Shown: positions 26,010 through 38,500 of the stretch, piece after piece
How positions within the stretch are numbered: position 1 is the first letter of the stretch
Layout of the letters: the number at the start of each line of letters is the position of its first letter
From: Macrostomum hystrix
Taxonomy: Eukaryota > Animalia > Platyhelminthes
Assembly: GCA_950097015.1 (NCBI GenBank)
Contig: CATNEN010000005.1
Location: 1,550,001-1,614,000, forward strand
DNA: 64,000 nucleotides
Direction of reading: 5' to 3'
Notes under the pieces: generated by a model
Database searches by the model: none
The model's input: only the letters and a program-made list of their open reading frames with translations
Told to the model about the DNA's origin: nothing
Made by a program: the position numbers and the translations under genes

Positions 26010-27453
26010 TGGGAATGGGTCAGGATGGGAATAGGTCCGGATGGGAATGAGTCAGGATGAGAATGGTCTGGATGGGAATGAGTCAGGATGAGAATGGTCT
26101 GGATGGGAATGGGTCAGGATGGGAATAGGTCCGGATGGAAATGAGTCAGGATGAGAATGGGTCAGGATGGGAATGGGTCAGGATGGGAATAGGTCCGGAT
26201 GGGAATGGGTCAGGATGGGAATGGGTCAGGATGGGAATGGGTCAGGATGGGAATGGGTCAGGATGGGACTGGGTCAAGATGGGAATAGGTCCGGATGGGA
26301 ATGGGTCAGGATGGGAATGGGTCAGGATGGGAATGGGTCAGGATGGGAATGGGTCAGGATGGGAATGGGTCAGGATGGGAATAGGTCCGGATGGAAATGA
26401 GTCAGGATGAGAATGGGTCAGGATGGGAATGGGTCAGGATGGGAATAGGTCCGGATGGGAATGTGTCAGGATGGGAATGGGTCAGGATGGGAATGGGTCA
26501 GGATAGGAATGGGTCAGGATGGGAATGGGTCAGGATGGGAATGGGTCAGGATGGGAATGGGTCAGGATGGGAATGGGTCAGGATGGGAATGGGTCAGGAT
26601 GGGAATGGGTCAGGATGGGAATGGGTCAGGATGGGAATGGGTCAGGATGGGAATGGGTCAGGATGGGAATGGGTCAGGATGGGAATGAGTCAGGATGAGA
26701 ATGGTCTGGATGAGAATGGTCTGGATGGGAATGGTCTGGATGGGAATGGGTCAGGATGGGAATGGGTCAGGATGGGAATGGGTCCGGATGGGAATGAGTC
26801 AGGATGGGAATGGGTCAGGATCGGAATGGGTCAGGATTGGAATGGGTCAGGGTGGGAATGGGTCAGGATGGGAATGGGTCAGGATGGGAATGGGTCCGGA
26901 TGGGAATGAGTCAGGATGGGAATGGGTCAGGATCGGAATGGGTCCGGATGGGAATGAGTCGGATGGGAATGGGTCAGGATGGGAATTTGTCAGGATGGGA
27001 ATGGGTCAGGATTGGAATGGGTCAGGATGGGAATGAATCAGGATGAGAATGGTCTGGATGGGAATGGGTCAGGATGGGAATGGGTCAGGATTGGAATGGG
27101 TCAGGATGGGAATGGGTCAGGATGGGAATGGGTCAGGATGGGAATGGGTCAGGGTGGGAATGGGTCAGGGTGGGAATGGGTCAGGGTGGGAATGGGTCAG
27201 GGTGGGAATGGGTCAGGGTGGGAATGGGTCAGGGTGGGAATGGGTCAGGGTGGGAATGGGTCAGGATGGGAATGGGTCCGGATGGGAATGGGTCAGGATG
27301 GGAATGGGTCAGGATGGGAATGGGTCAGGATGGGAATGGGTCAGGATTGGAATGGGTCAGGATGGGAATGGGTCCGGATGGGGAATGAGTCAGGATGAGA
27401 ATGGGTCAGGATGGGAATGGGTCAGGGTGGGAATGGGTCAGGGTGGGAATGGG
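26010..27453. repeat. 16-bp G-rich minisatellite
   Basis: Unit GATGGGAATGGGTCAG. Confidence 0.98.
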
Positions 27454-28196
27454 TAAAGAAAAAATAACAGGAACTTGTTGACTTATAATGTTGACAAGTA
27501 CAGAAGCTTTATTCTATACAGATGTGTCATTCACTAAACAAATGTGCATTTTTATCTCTACAGCTATATTTGCGTTCTCCTTATGTTTTTTAGTTGAAAA
27601 GTTGAAGCACTAAATTGCATTTTACAACTACATTGATACACCAATAGAAACATGAATTTTAAAGCAGAATGTTTTGCACATTTTGATTAAAAAGAAGTTG
27701 TGTTTGCGTAAAAAACATAGAACAGAACATTGTGTGAGCCTGGTCATTGTCATGATTTCAAAGACAAATGAATTTTTCGAGCCAGTCTCGCTGAGATTCT
27801 GTTTGAGATTGACTAGAAATGTTTCAGCGAAGTTTTGACATAATAAACTGCGCAATAAGGAACACAACTTTGAGGATATTTAGAAAAGGGACTTGTTGAT
27901 AAGTGTTAGTAATAGTTTAAACAATAAATTAAATTAAAAAAAAATTGGTAAAGCTATAATATAAAGAGTTAATTTTGAGATCTACAATTTTTGGGATCTT
28001 AAACAGAAATGGGATGTTTTAGGGAAATTTCAGAGCTCTTTTCCGATTTTTCCATGATAATAATTGAATCCATTCAATTAAGGAATTTAGGAAAGAAAAT
28101 CCCAATTTATATTGCAAAACGATTTAGTACAGAAAATAATGGTACAGCGAGAGATGCAACAGTTAAATAAGTTTCTAATAAGCGATTGCGTCACAG

Positions 28197-28845
28197 TCAG
28201 TCTTCCAGTTGCATAGCAGCACTGGAGTCCATCATCAGCTGGGCCGACGAATCGTCGTCCTGATCGCTGCCGTGAGCCGAGCCGGACGAATATCCGACGA
28301 CTGTCGCTCCGGCAGCAGCAGCAGCAGCAGCGGCGGCGGTGGCGGCGGCGTCGGCGGCGGCGGCGGCGGAGGTGCCGACGTGGCAGCAGCCGCCGATGCT
28401 GCGATGCTTGGTTAGCAGGCCCATCCTGCTGAAGGTCTTGCCGCACACCTGGCAGCAGTACTTCTTCACCTCCGAGTGTGTCTGCATGTGCGCCCGCAGG
28501 TTGGACCGGTCGGCGAAGGCCCGCTGACAGACGCCGCACTCGAACGGCTTCTCGCCGGTGTGAGTCCGGATGTGGCCGTTCAGCAGCCACATTCGGCTGA
28601 ATGCTTTGCCGCAGATTTTGCACTGGCAGGGCAGCGTGTGAGTGCGGATGTGCATCTTCAGAGCGCTCAGGCTGAAGTACACCTTCTGACAGCGGGTGCA
28701 ACTGAACCGCTTGGCGGGGTCCGAGCTGGCGCTGACGCCGCCACCGGAGATTTGGTCGCCGCCACCGCCGCAGTTGGTCGACTCTCGATGCTTCAACAGG
28801 CCCGCGCTTGTTGTGTAACTTCGCCGACAATTCTCGCAGGAGAAG

Positions 28846-28881
<36 letters not shown>

Positions 28882-29831
28882 GGCTGGGGCGACGGCGTCG
28901 TCGGCGAGTTGTTTGCCTCGGCTTTGACGACAACAGCGGAGAGTGTTGGCGAGGACAGAGTTGACGACGGTGAGTTACTTTCAGAGTGGAGCTGCTGCTG
29001 CTGCTGCTGCTGCTGTAGCGACTGCAGTCGACATCCAGGTCGAAACGATGACATCGGAGTGAAGCTGCCGCCGTGAATCGGCGCAGCAGCTGGCGGCGAC
29101 TCTGGTGACGACTTCGCGCTACCAGCAGCCAGTCTATGCAGCTCTCGCGCCTTGGCCAGGGCCCGCATCTGGAAGTCGGCGAACAGCTGCGGATAGGCGC
29201 GTATGTTTTCCCAGGTCGGCTTCAGCTCCGTTGGCGGCAGCGGAAGAGTCGGCGGCGGAGGCGGCGGCGGCTGCGGCGTCGGCTGCAGATGTTGCTGACC
29301 AACGCAGAGAGACATGAGCAGCGGGTTCACGGCGGCTGCGGCGGCTGCTGCTGCCGTTGGAAACGAAGCCAGCGACATGAGCAAGCGAGGATCTAGCAGA
29401 GCGGCAGCTGCTGCTGAATTCTGCTGCTGCTGAAACTGCAGCCAGCGATAGTCGAACGGTGGCATTCCGGCACTGATTAGCTGCTGCTGCTGCTGCTGAC
29501 TCAGCTGTGACGCTGCAGGCGCAGCAAGAGAATGATGATGGCGATGGTGCTGACTGATGACACCGCTGCTAGATTTGCTGCATCCTTGAAGTCGCGCTGT
29601 GGAGTCTGGGATTAAAGAACAATTAGTTTCAAATTCAGTTTAACAATATTATTGAACAACTCGCAGACGTCTAGGAGGTGATTTCAGATCATTCCGCTGA
29701 CTCCTGAGCAGACATAGTAGGCACTCACCAAGAATTCCGGGTTGCAATCTTCCAGACTCGCCAGAAGCAGCGGCAGCAGCGGCAGGTGCCGCATCTCGCA
29801 TTATCCAGCCGATATGAGTATTCATAGTCAT
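28197..29831 (-). CDS. snail: Snail/Slug-family C2H2 zinc-finger transcription factor
   Basis: Fingers [37 protein letters not shown]...[20 protein letters not shown] are Snail-type, not Scratch-type. Main exon 29605-28197. A phase-1 intron 29606-29728 (GTGAGT...CCCAG) joins an inferred first exon 29831-29729. The N-terminus is less certain than the fingers. Confidence 0.9.
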
Positions 29832-30511
29832 AGCTCAAATGATTTCACTTTCGCACTATAGTAGCTGCGGCTACTGATGAAGTCACAGTATAATTGTTAG
29901 ATTAATATATGTGTGTGTGACACTGCACTGCAGGTTTAAACGTGCACAAGTGGCTTCAAAGCCGAAGTTGATCGAATCGTCTCTCTTTCCTTAATAGAGC
30001 GAGGCGATGACAATGAACAGCGCTTGAGTGCTTTTTTATAACTTAGCTATTAATTTATCTTCACACCTTTAGATAATTTATTTCACTCTCGCTTTCTGTG
30101 GCTACGAATATTGAGCTATGATGAGAACTGAGTCTAATTTTTTGAGTCCTATAGCGAGTGCGGTAGGCTGATGTCTTGCTTCTAAAAGCGTTAAGTTAAA
30201 AATTCTGTGTTTTTCTTTGGTTAAAAACTAACTCACTTGAGCAAGCTTTGGGGAGGGTTGCTGACATCAAATAGGAAGCTGGCCCCGGGGACTGGGGACT
30301 CGAGCAACTGTTGAGCAGTTTGTGGGGATTGCGCGTCGACAACCAATGGGAGCGCATGGACACATGCGATTGGTCGCTTTTGAAGTTTAATGAGTTGCGG
30401 GAGAAAATCCTCACTCCAAATTGCTTACTCAGAGACTCAAAATGGGCTATTTTTGCCATGTTCCCTTAAGATGCGACGATAATATCAAAACATACAAGAA
30501 ACTGCTTCGGT

Positions 30512-32125
30512 TCTCGCCTGATTCTTAATCATTCTCACCTGAATCTCTATCACTCTCACCTGAATCTTAATCGTTCTCACCTGAATCTCTATCACTCTCA
30601 CCTGATTCTTAATCATTCTCACCTGAATCTCTATCACTCTCACCTGATTCTTAATCATTCTCACCTGAATCTCTATCACTCTCACCTGAATCTTAATCGT
30701 TCTCACCTGAATCTCTATCACTCTCACCTGATTCTTAATCATTCTCACCTGAATCTCTATCACTCTCACCTGATTCTTAATCATTCTCACCTGAATCTCT
30801 ATCACTCTCACCTGAATCTTAATCGTTCTCACCTGAATCTCTATCACTCTCACCTGATTCTTAATCATTCTCACCTGAATCTCTATCACTCTCACCTGAT
30901 TCTTAATCATTCTCACCTGAATCTCTATCACTCTCACCTGATTCTTAATCATTCTCACCTGAATCTCTATCACTCTCACCTGAATCTTAATCATTCTCAC
31001 CTGAATCTCTATCACTCTCACCTGATTCTTAATCATTCTCACCTGAATCTCTATCACTCTCACCTGATTCTACCATTCTCACCTGAATTTACAATTCTCA
31101 CCTGATTCTACCATTCTCACCTGATTCTACCATTTTTACCTGAATCTACCATTCTCACCTGATTCTACCATTCTCATCTGAATCTACCATTCTCATCTGA
31201 ATCTACCATTCTCACCTGAATTTACAATTCTCACCTGAATCTACCATTCTCACCTGATTCTACCATTCTCATCTGAATCTACCATTCTCATCTGAATCTA
31301 CCATTCTCACCTGAATTTACAATTCTCACCTGAATCTACCATTCTCACCTGATTCTACCATTTTTACCTGAATCTACCATTCTCACCTGATTCTACCATT
31401 CTCATCTGAATCTACCATTCTCATCTGAATCTACCATTCTCATCTGAATCTACCATTCTCATCTGAATCTACCATTCTCAATCTGAATCTACCATTCTCA
31501 TCTGAATCTACCATTCTCATCTGAATCTACCATTCTCAATCTGAATCTACCATTCTCATCTGAATCTACTATTCTCACCTGAATCTACCGTTCTCACCTG
31601 AATCTACCATTCTCACCTGATTCTACCATTCTCACCTGATTCTACCATTCTCACCTGAATCTACCATTCTCACCTGAATCTACCATTCCCACCTGAATCT
31701 ACCATTCTCATCTGAATCTACCATTCTCACCTGATTCTACCATTCTCACCTGATTCTACCATTTTCACCTGAATCTACCATTCTCACCTGATTCTACCAT
31801 TCTCACCTGATTCTACCATTCTCACCTGATTCTACCATTCTCACCTGAATTTACCATTCTCACCTGATTTTACCATTCTCACCTGATTCTACCATTCTCA
31901 CCTGAATCTACCATTCTCATCTGAATCTACCATTCTCACCTGAATCTACCATTCTCACCTGAATTTACCATTCTCATCTGAATTTACCATTCTCACCTGA
32001 TTCTACCATTCTCACGTGATTCTACCATTTTCACCTGAATCTACCATTCTCACTTGAATCTACCATTCTCATCTGAATCTCTATCATTCTTACCTGAATC
32101 TTTGTCCCTCTCACCTGAATCTCTA
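30512..32125. repeat. Bipartite minisatellite: 21-bp units (42-bp dimer) then 19-bp units
   Basis: CTCACCTGAATCTCTATCACT alternates with CTCACCTGATTCTTAATCATT up to ~31070, then CTCA(C/T)CTGA(A/T)TCTACCATT. Confidence 0.97.
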
Positions 32126-32869
32126 TAACTCTCAACTAAATCTCTTTTCTTCTCATAAAAATAATTTATCTTGACGACAAAATAATAATTTTCTCACACT
32201 GTACAGTAAAACGCGCACTAACACAACCGACTACAAGACACGTGTCTGCTGAATATGAATAGCATTTACTGCATGGACAAACATTCTAGTTAGTATTTAT
32301 ATCACTTATTGTATGCGTAGAAACAGGTACTGGGGTGTCAAGGAATAATGCAAATAGATGCTTGGCATGTAAATCCAAGAGTTTGTTTTGCAAATAAGAT
32401 CGTTAAAGGCTTACAAGCCTAACATCATCTAGTCATGCGTTAGCCGCTGCGGCAGAAACAAGGTTTTATTAAAAATCGACAAATGGCACCTAAAAATATG
32501 CAGTCTACCTTTGTGAGCTTGCACAGTACCTTCAATTTCACTTTTCGTTCTTGAAGATACTCGTAAAACAGCAGCGGCAGCAGGTGCCCCGCAACGCAGA
32601 ATTTAATTGCTCAAACGAATTGTTTGAAGACCATTATTAAAGCTAACGCCGAATATATATAGTTTAGCCTCTGTTAAACGATAATGCAAATGAGGTGATG
32701 AATGATTATTGGCTTGCTGCTGTGAGCGTAAGTGTACAACAACTCTCAGAGATGGCACAATGCATTTTAAACCCACCGCATCAATTATGCAGTGCTTGAA
32801 GATAGTTGAGCGACTGAGCTGTCAATCAAACCAGTTCAAGTCAGCGAAGAACATTATATACTGTTACAC

Positions 32870-33440
32870 GCAGTGTTAACTGTTAGACACAGTGTTAACT
32901 GTTACACACAGTACGAAGTGTTAGACACTAGAAATTGTTAGACACAGTATAAACTGTTAGACACAGTGTTAACTGTTAGACACAGTGTTAACTGTTAGAC
33001 ACAGTGTTAACTGTTAGACACAGTGTTAACTGTTAGACACAGTGTTAACTGTTACACACAGTACGAAGTGTTAGACACTAGAAATTGTTAGACACAGTGT
33101 TAACTGTTAGACACAGTGTTAACTGTTACACACAGTACGTAGTGTTATACACTAGAAATTGTATAGACACTAGACATAGTATAAACTGTTAGACACAGTG
33201 TTAACCAAAACACACAGTGTTAACTGTTAGACACAGTGTTAACTGTTAGACACAGTGTTAACTGTTAGACACAGTATGAACTCTTAGACACAGTATGAAC
33301 TGTTAGACACAGTGTAAACTGTTAGACACAGTATGAACTTTTAGACACATTGTGACGTGTTAGACACAGTGTGACGTGTTATACACAGAGTGAACTGTTA
33401 GACACAGTATGAAGTGTTAGACACAGTATGAACTGTTAGT
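32870..33440. repeat. 19-bp minisatellite
   Basis: Unit ACAGTGTTAACTGTTAGAC; shares CTGTTAGACAC with the 15860 array. Confidence 0.93.
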
Positions 33441-34409
33441 CACATCCAAAATTTAAATTAAATTATTCTAGTTGAAATTAAAAGAAAAAGTCTGGAAAAT
33501 CTCATGAATTCAAAATCTCTGATTAATTAGCTGTGCGTATAAAGTGCACAATAATTTTGTTAAAAACTAAAAACAGCAAAACTAACTGCACAACATTTTG
33601 CAATAATTATTGCACATATTTTGACAATGTACGAGCGTATTTAAGAAAAATATATAACAAAAACTATGTATATTTAAGCACAGAATAAACGAAAAACTAA
33701 TTTTTGTTACCTAGAAAATCAATTCGAAGTAAAAAAACAAAATAAGTAGAAAAAATATGCCAAAAACAACACAAAAATGCTTGTAAACAAACTGGGCAAT
33801 AAAGAAAGTGCGCAAATTGCACTACTAGTAGTAGCAATTAAAAACGCCTTCTTTTAACACGAAAAAACTGCGAAGAAACTGACTACTTAAAGTAGACGAA
33901 GTATTAATTTATTTGTACAAAAAAATAGGAAAAAAATGCGCGAAAAGCACAGACTTTGGCAGCTGATAAAGAGGCTAACTAAAATGGCCGAAAAAAACGA
34001 GGCACAACTGGGCAAACAGCATTACTACGAGTACTAGTGCAGAATATTAGTTTTAGCTAATGATCGAAAATCGATCCCTTAATTTTCCTACACTATAGAC
34101 GTACAGGAAGTTTAGATGTAAAAAGGCTATTTAAATGTAATGCAGATTTTACTAGCTAATTTAGCTTGAGCAGCATAGCTAGGCCATTTAGAATGCAAAA
34201 GGCAGTATAGACGGAATATTCATTTTAGCAGAAGACAAACGATTTAAAAATAAGAAAAAAATGGAAGGCAAAAAGGATAATAGTTAACGAAAACTGTTAG
34301 ATCTTAAGAAATTCGTCCGAATGACTATAGGATGTGATATGATTGCTATAATTTAGGTTTCAGGGTGGTGATAAGATAGGAGAGGAGAAAAAATGAAACG
34401 ATAGAAGAG

Positions 34410-35300
34410 GGGAGAAGACGGGAGAAGACGGGAGGGAGAAGACAGGATGGAGAGGACAGGAGGGAGAAGACAGGGGAGAAGACGGGAGAAGATAGGCGGG
34501 AGGGGACAGTAGGGAGAAGACAGGAAGGAGAGGACAGTAGGCAGAAGACAGGAAGGAGAGGACAGTAGGCAGAAGACAGGAAGGAGAGGACAGTAGGCAG
34601 AAGACAGGAAGGAGAGGACAGTAGGGAGAAGACAGGAAGGAGAGGACAGTAGGCAGAAGACAGGAAGGAGAGGACAGTAGGCAGAAGACAGGAAGGAGAG
34701 GACAGTAGGGAGAAGACAGGAAGGAGAGGACAGTAGGGAGAAGACAGGAAGGAGAGGACAGTAGGCAGAAGACAGGAAGGAGAGGACAGTAGGCAGAAGA
34801 CAGGAAGGAGAGGACAGTAGGCAGAAGACAGGAAGGAGAGGACAGTAGGGAGAAGACAGGAAGGAGAGGACAGTAGGCAGAAGACAGGAAGGAGAGGACA
34901 GTAGGCAGAAGACAGGAAGGAGAGGACAGTAGGCAGAAGACAGGAAGGAGAGGACAGTAGGCAGAAGACAGGAAGGAGAGGACAGTAGGGAGAAGACAGG
35001 AAGGAGAGGACAGTAGGCAGAAGACAGGAAGGAGAGGACAGTAGGGAGAAGACAGGAAGGAGAGGACAGTAGGCAGAAGACAGGAAGGAGAGGACAGTAG
35101 GCAGAAGACAGGAAGGAGAGGACAGTAGGCAGAAGACAGGAAGGAGAGGACAGTAGGGAGAAGACAGGAAGGAGAGGACAGTAGGCAGAAGACAGGAAGG
35201 AGAGGACAGTAGGCAGAAGACAGGAAGGAGAGGACAGTAGGCAAAAGACAGGAAGGAGAGGACAGTAGGGAGAAGACGGGAGGGGACAGAAGGGTGAAGA
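34410..35300. repeat. 28-bp purine-rich minisatellite
   Basis: Unit GACAGTAGG(C/G)AGAAGACAGGAAGGAGAG; source of the two spurious ORFs of 334 and 355 aa. Confidence 0.97.
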
Positions 35301-35515
35301 CAGTAGGGATAATACAGGGGAGAAGAGACGAGTAGATAAAATGAGAGCAAATGGCGGCGAGAAAAAAAAGGGAGTGGAAAGTTGGTAAGTAAAATCTAGC
35401 TAGGGCCATTGTGGAATAATAGAGCATGTTAGAGAATTAGATTTACACACTAATTTCCGCAAAATGTAGTTTTAAGCAACTTAATATCAGTCCGAAGTCA
35501 TTCAGTTTCCAGTCT

Positions 35516-38500
35516 CTAAAGTACAACCTCGTCGACGCTGCGAACCTGCCCGCGCTCAATCCTGGCGATAGCTTCGGCTACTGTCGGATATTCCGCAGCA
35601 AGCTGATCTAGCAAGGCTACAAGTTTGCCTCTGAAGCGAACCATGCGGTATAGGGTGCTAGCGTCTGGTACAGGCAGACTGTTGGAGCCTCCGCCGGCGT
35701 TATGATCATCTTCGCTATCCTCGATATTTAGGAAAAGCCTACGATCGTCGTCATCCTCGGCGTCGCTATCCTGCGGCATCAGCAGAAAATCCAACTGTCT
35801 CCTAGGCGTTGACAATGGCTTTGGCTTGGACTGCTTATGCTTCTGGTGTGTAGATCGACGATTTGGTTTGTCGGTATCGTTGAATAGGTCTTCGACCTCG
35901 GCCTCTTGGACAAAGCCACCCTTTCTCTTTGGCTTCCTTTGCTTACTACTGTTAGCCGAGGATGTGCCAGGGGCATTAGTCTTATACATGATCGGGTCGC
36001 GCAGATTGTGTGTGGGCTTTAGCACAGAATTAAATGACGGGTTAGCCGGCCGATTCAAATGATAGAGCTTATAACCGAAGCGCTCTTTAGCCGTTATCAG
36101 GCGTTGCGCCTCCGAACGACGCCTATCAGCGTAGGAGGTGGAGAAAAATTTTCTCGGCGAATCATTGAGACCATCGCCATCTACGGGCGAGTCAAAACGC
36201 CATACTGGCGAGGCGGATTCGTTGGCCGAAGCCTGCTGCTGCTGTTGCTTCTTCTTTTGTTTCGGAGGCCAATAGGTTTGAACAGTCGGCGGAGACTGAT
36301 GCTGCTCAGGCTTGGCTTTCTTAGAAAACGACGCAGTTGTCGTCGCCGGAGCAACTTTCGGCTGTCGCTTTCGCGCACCTTCGGCGCCGACAATATTGCG
36401 CCCAACCAGACTGGTGTTGAAATTATTGATAGCCTGCGACATTGAAATCGATTCCGATGCCCGTTGAGCAGCGGCCCGACGAGCTGGTCGAGTGGACGCT
36501 GAGCTACTTACTACTTCCTCCTTAGCTGCGGGCGCTTTTCGTTGCCTTTTGGATTTCTTAGACACTGGCTCAGGTTGTTCCTGTTCAACAAGCTGCTTCT
36601 TCGCAGCGTCAATAGAAATCAGAGGATCATCACATTTGTTATCTTCTTTGTCATCTTCATCCTCAAATAGGCATCGTCCGCGTATTCTAACAAGCTTGTC
36701 TAATTCGGCTAGTTCCAACATTTCTACCGACTGCAAATCGGCGGCAGGATTCTCAACAGCAGAAACGCTAGGAGAAATCTGCTGATGCGCAGTTGGCGAC
36801 TGAACACTCTGCTGAGACCTCCTGACATGCTGACTCTTGCCCGTTAACTGAGGCACCGCGGGCGGTTCCGATCGGTCCTCTTCAGTTTTTGAATAGGCGC
36901 ATAAATCTTCTTTGGCTTCCTCGCAAGCGACATTCGTGGCCGCGATTTCCAGCACTTCGGGCTCTACATCCTCGTGCGCATCGGAATTTTCAGAGCAACT
37001 CTCCTCGTCCAGGTCAACTTTAAGAAGCTTTCGGCTAGCGCCAAACAAAGGAGACGCTTCAGACGCTTTGCGCTTCCTGCCGAATGTTTTGGGTTGAGCG
37101 TTTACATGTTCAGAGTCTTGCTTGGTCTTCTGCCAAGCGCGCGATTTAGTACGCAGTCGCTTCTTATCAGCTTGCAAGCCTTCTTCGAATTGATTGAGAT
37201 CAGCATCATGCTCAGCTTCTATCTCAGCCTGTTTCTTGCGCTCAGCTTCTATCTTAGCCTCTTTCTTGCGCTCAGCTTCCATCTTAGCCTCCTTCTTGCG
37301 CTCAGCTTCCATCTCAGCCTCCTTCTTGCGCTCAGCTTCCATCTCAGCCTGTTTCTTGCGCTCAGCTTCCATCTCAGCCTCCTTCTTGCGCTCAGCTTCC
37401 ATCTTAGCCTCTTTCTTGCGCTCAGCTTCCATCTCAGCCTCCTTCTTGCGCTCAGCTTCCATCTTAGCCTCTTTCTTGCGCTCAGCTTCCATCTCAGCCT
37501 GTTTCTTGCGCTCAGCTTCCATCTCAGCCTGTTTCTTGCGCTCAGCTTTCTTAAGTTCACGCTCAGCTTCTTTTCTTTGACGCTCCGCTTGTAATTCAGC
37601 TTTCTTTTTTATGCGCTCAGCATTCTTTCGTTCTCGCTCAGCTTCCAATTCAGCCTCCTGCTTTTTGACCTCAGCTTCTTTCTGCTTTTGTTCGATTCTC
37701 TTTCGTTCGCGCTCAGCTTCCGCTTCGGCCTCTTTTATTTTTCGCTCAGCCTCTCGTTCTTGCTTACGCTTCTCTCGCTCGCTTAGTTTCAACAGCCGCT
37801 TACCGTCCAATTCAGCTTCCTTCTTTTGCTTGGCTTCTAATTCGGCTTGCTTTCTCAGGCGTTCAGCCTCCAGTTCATCCTCCATCAATTTGCGTCTGGC
37901 TTCCTTCTCAGCATCTCTTTTTTGACGCTGTGCCTCCTTTCTGATGCGCTCGTCTTCCATTCTCTTCAGTTCCGCTTCGGCTTCTTTCCTTTTGCGCTCG
38001 ACTTCCATCTCAGCTGCCCTTCTCTCTGACTGTTTAGCCTGTGCCTCGGCCTGTTGAAGTCTTACGCTAGCGAAATCGACATTGCCTACTTCAAGATAAT
38101 CATCCGCAGACTCGGCAGCTTGCTGCTGCTTGTTCAGACGAAACATCTTCGTATCGGCTAGCAGGGCAAGAGGATCGAACTGCGGCGAACCAAGATCAAA
38201 GTCGTCGTCATCATCGTTAGGAGCGAAGTCACAATAAGGTCCGGCAGTATTGGGGCTCAAGCTGAACGACTTCGACAGTTTAGGATCCCTGTCTGGTGGC
38301 AACTCAGGCTGCTGCTGCTGTTGCTGCTCAGACAGATTAGCAACTAGATGAGCTTCATCCAAATCAATAGAACCAGGCGCAGTTAACGTTAGATGAGGCC
38401 TAGATAGGGACTTGAATCCACTATCGGCGAACAGCGGCGACATGCGGCCACTGGAGCGGGACGAAACAGCTGACGATGGAGTGCTGCGCCTCCGAAGACG

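Noticed and set aside
28087-29396. Alternative-frame and antisense ORFs over Snail (also over IFT52, GTF3C5, WDR86 and the 1200-aa gene)
   Set aside because: Shadow ORFs of GC-rich, trinucleotide-rich coding sequence.
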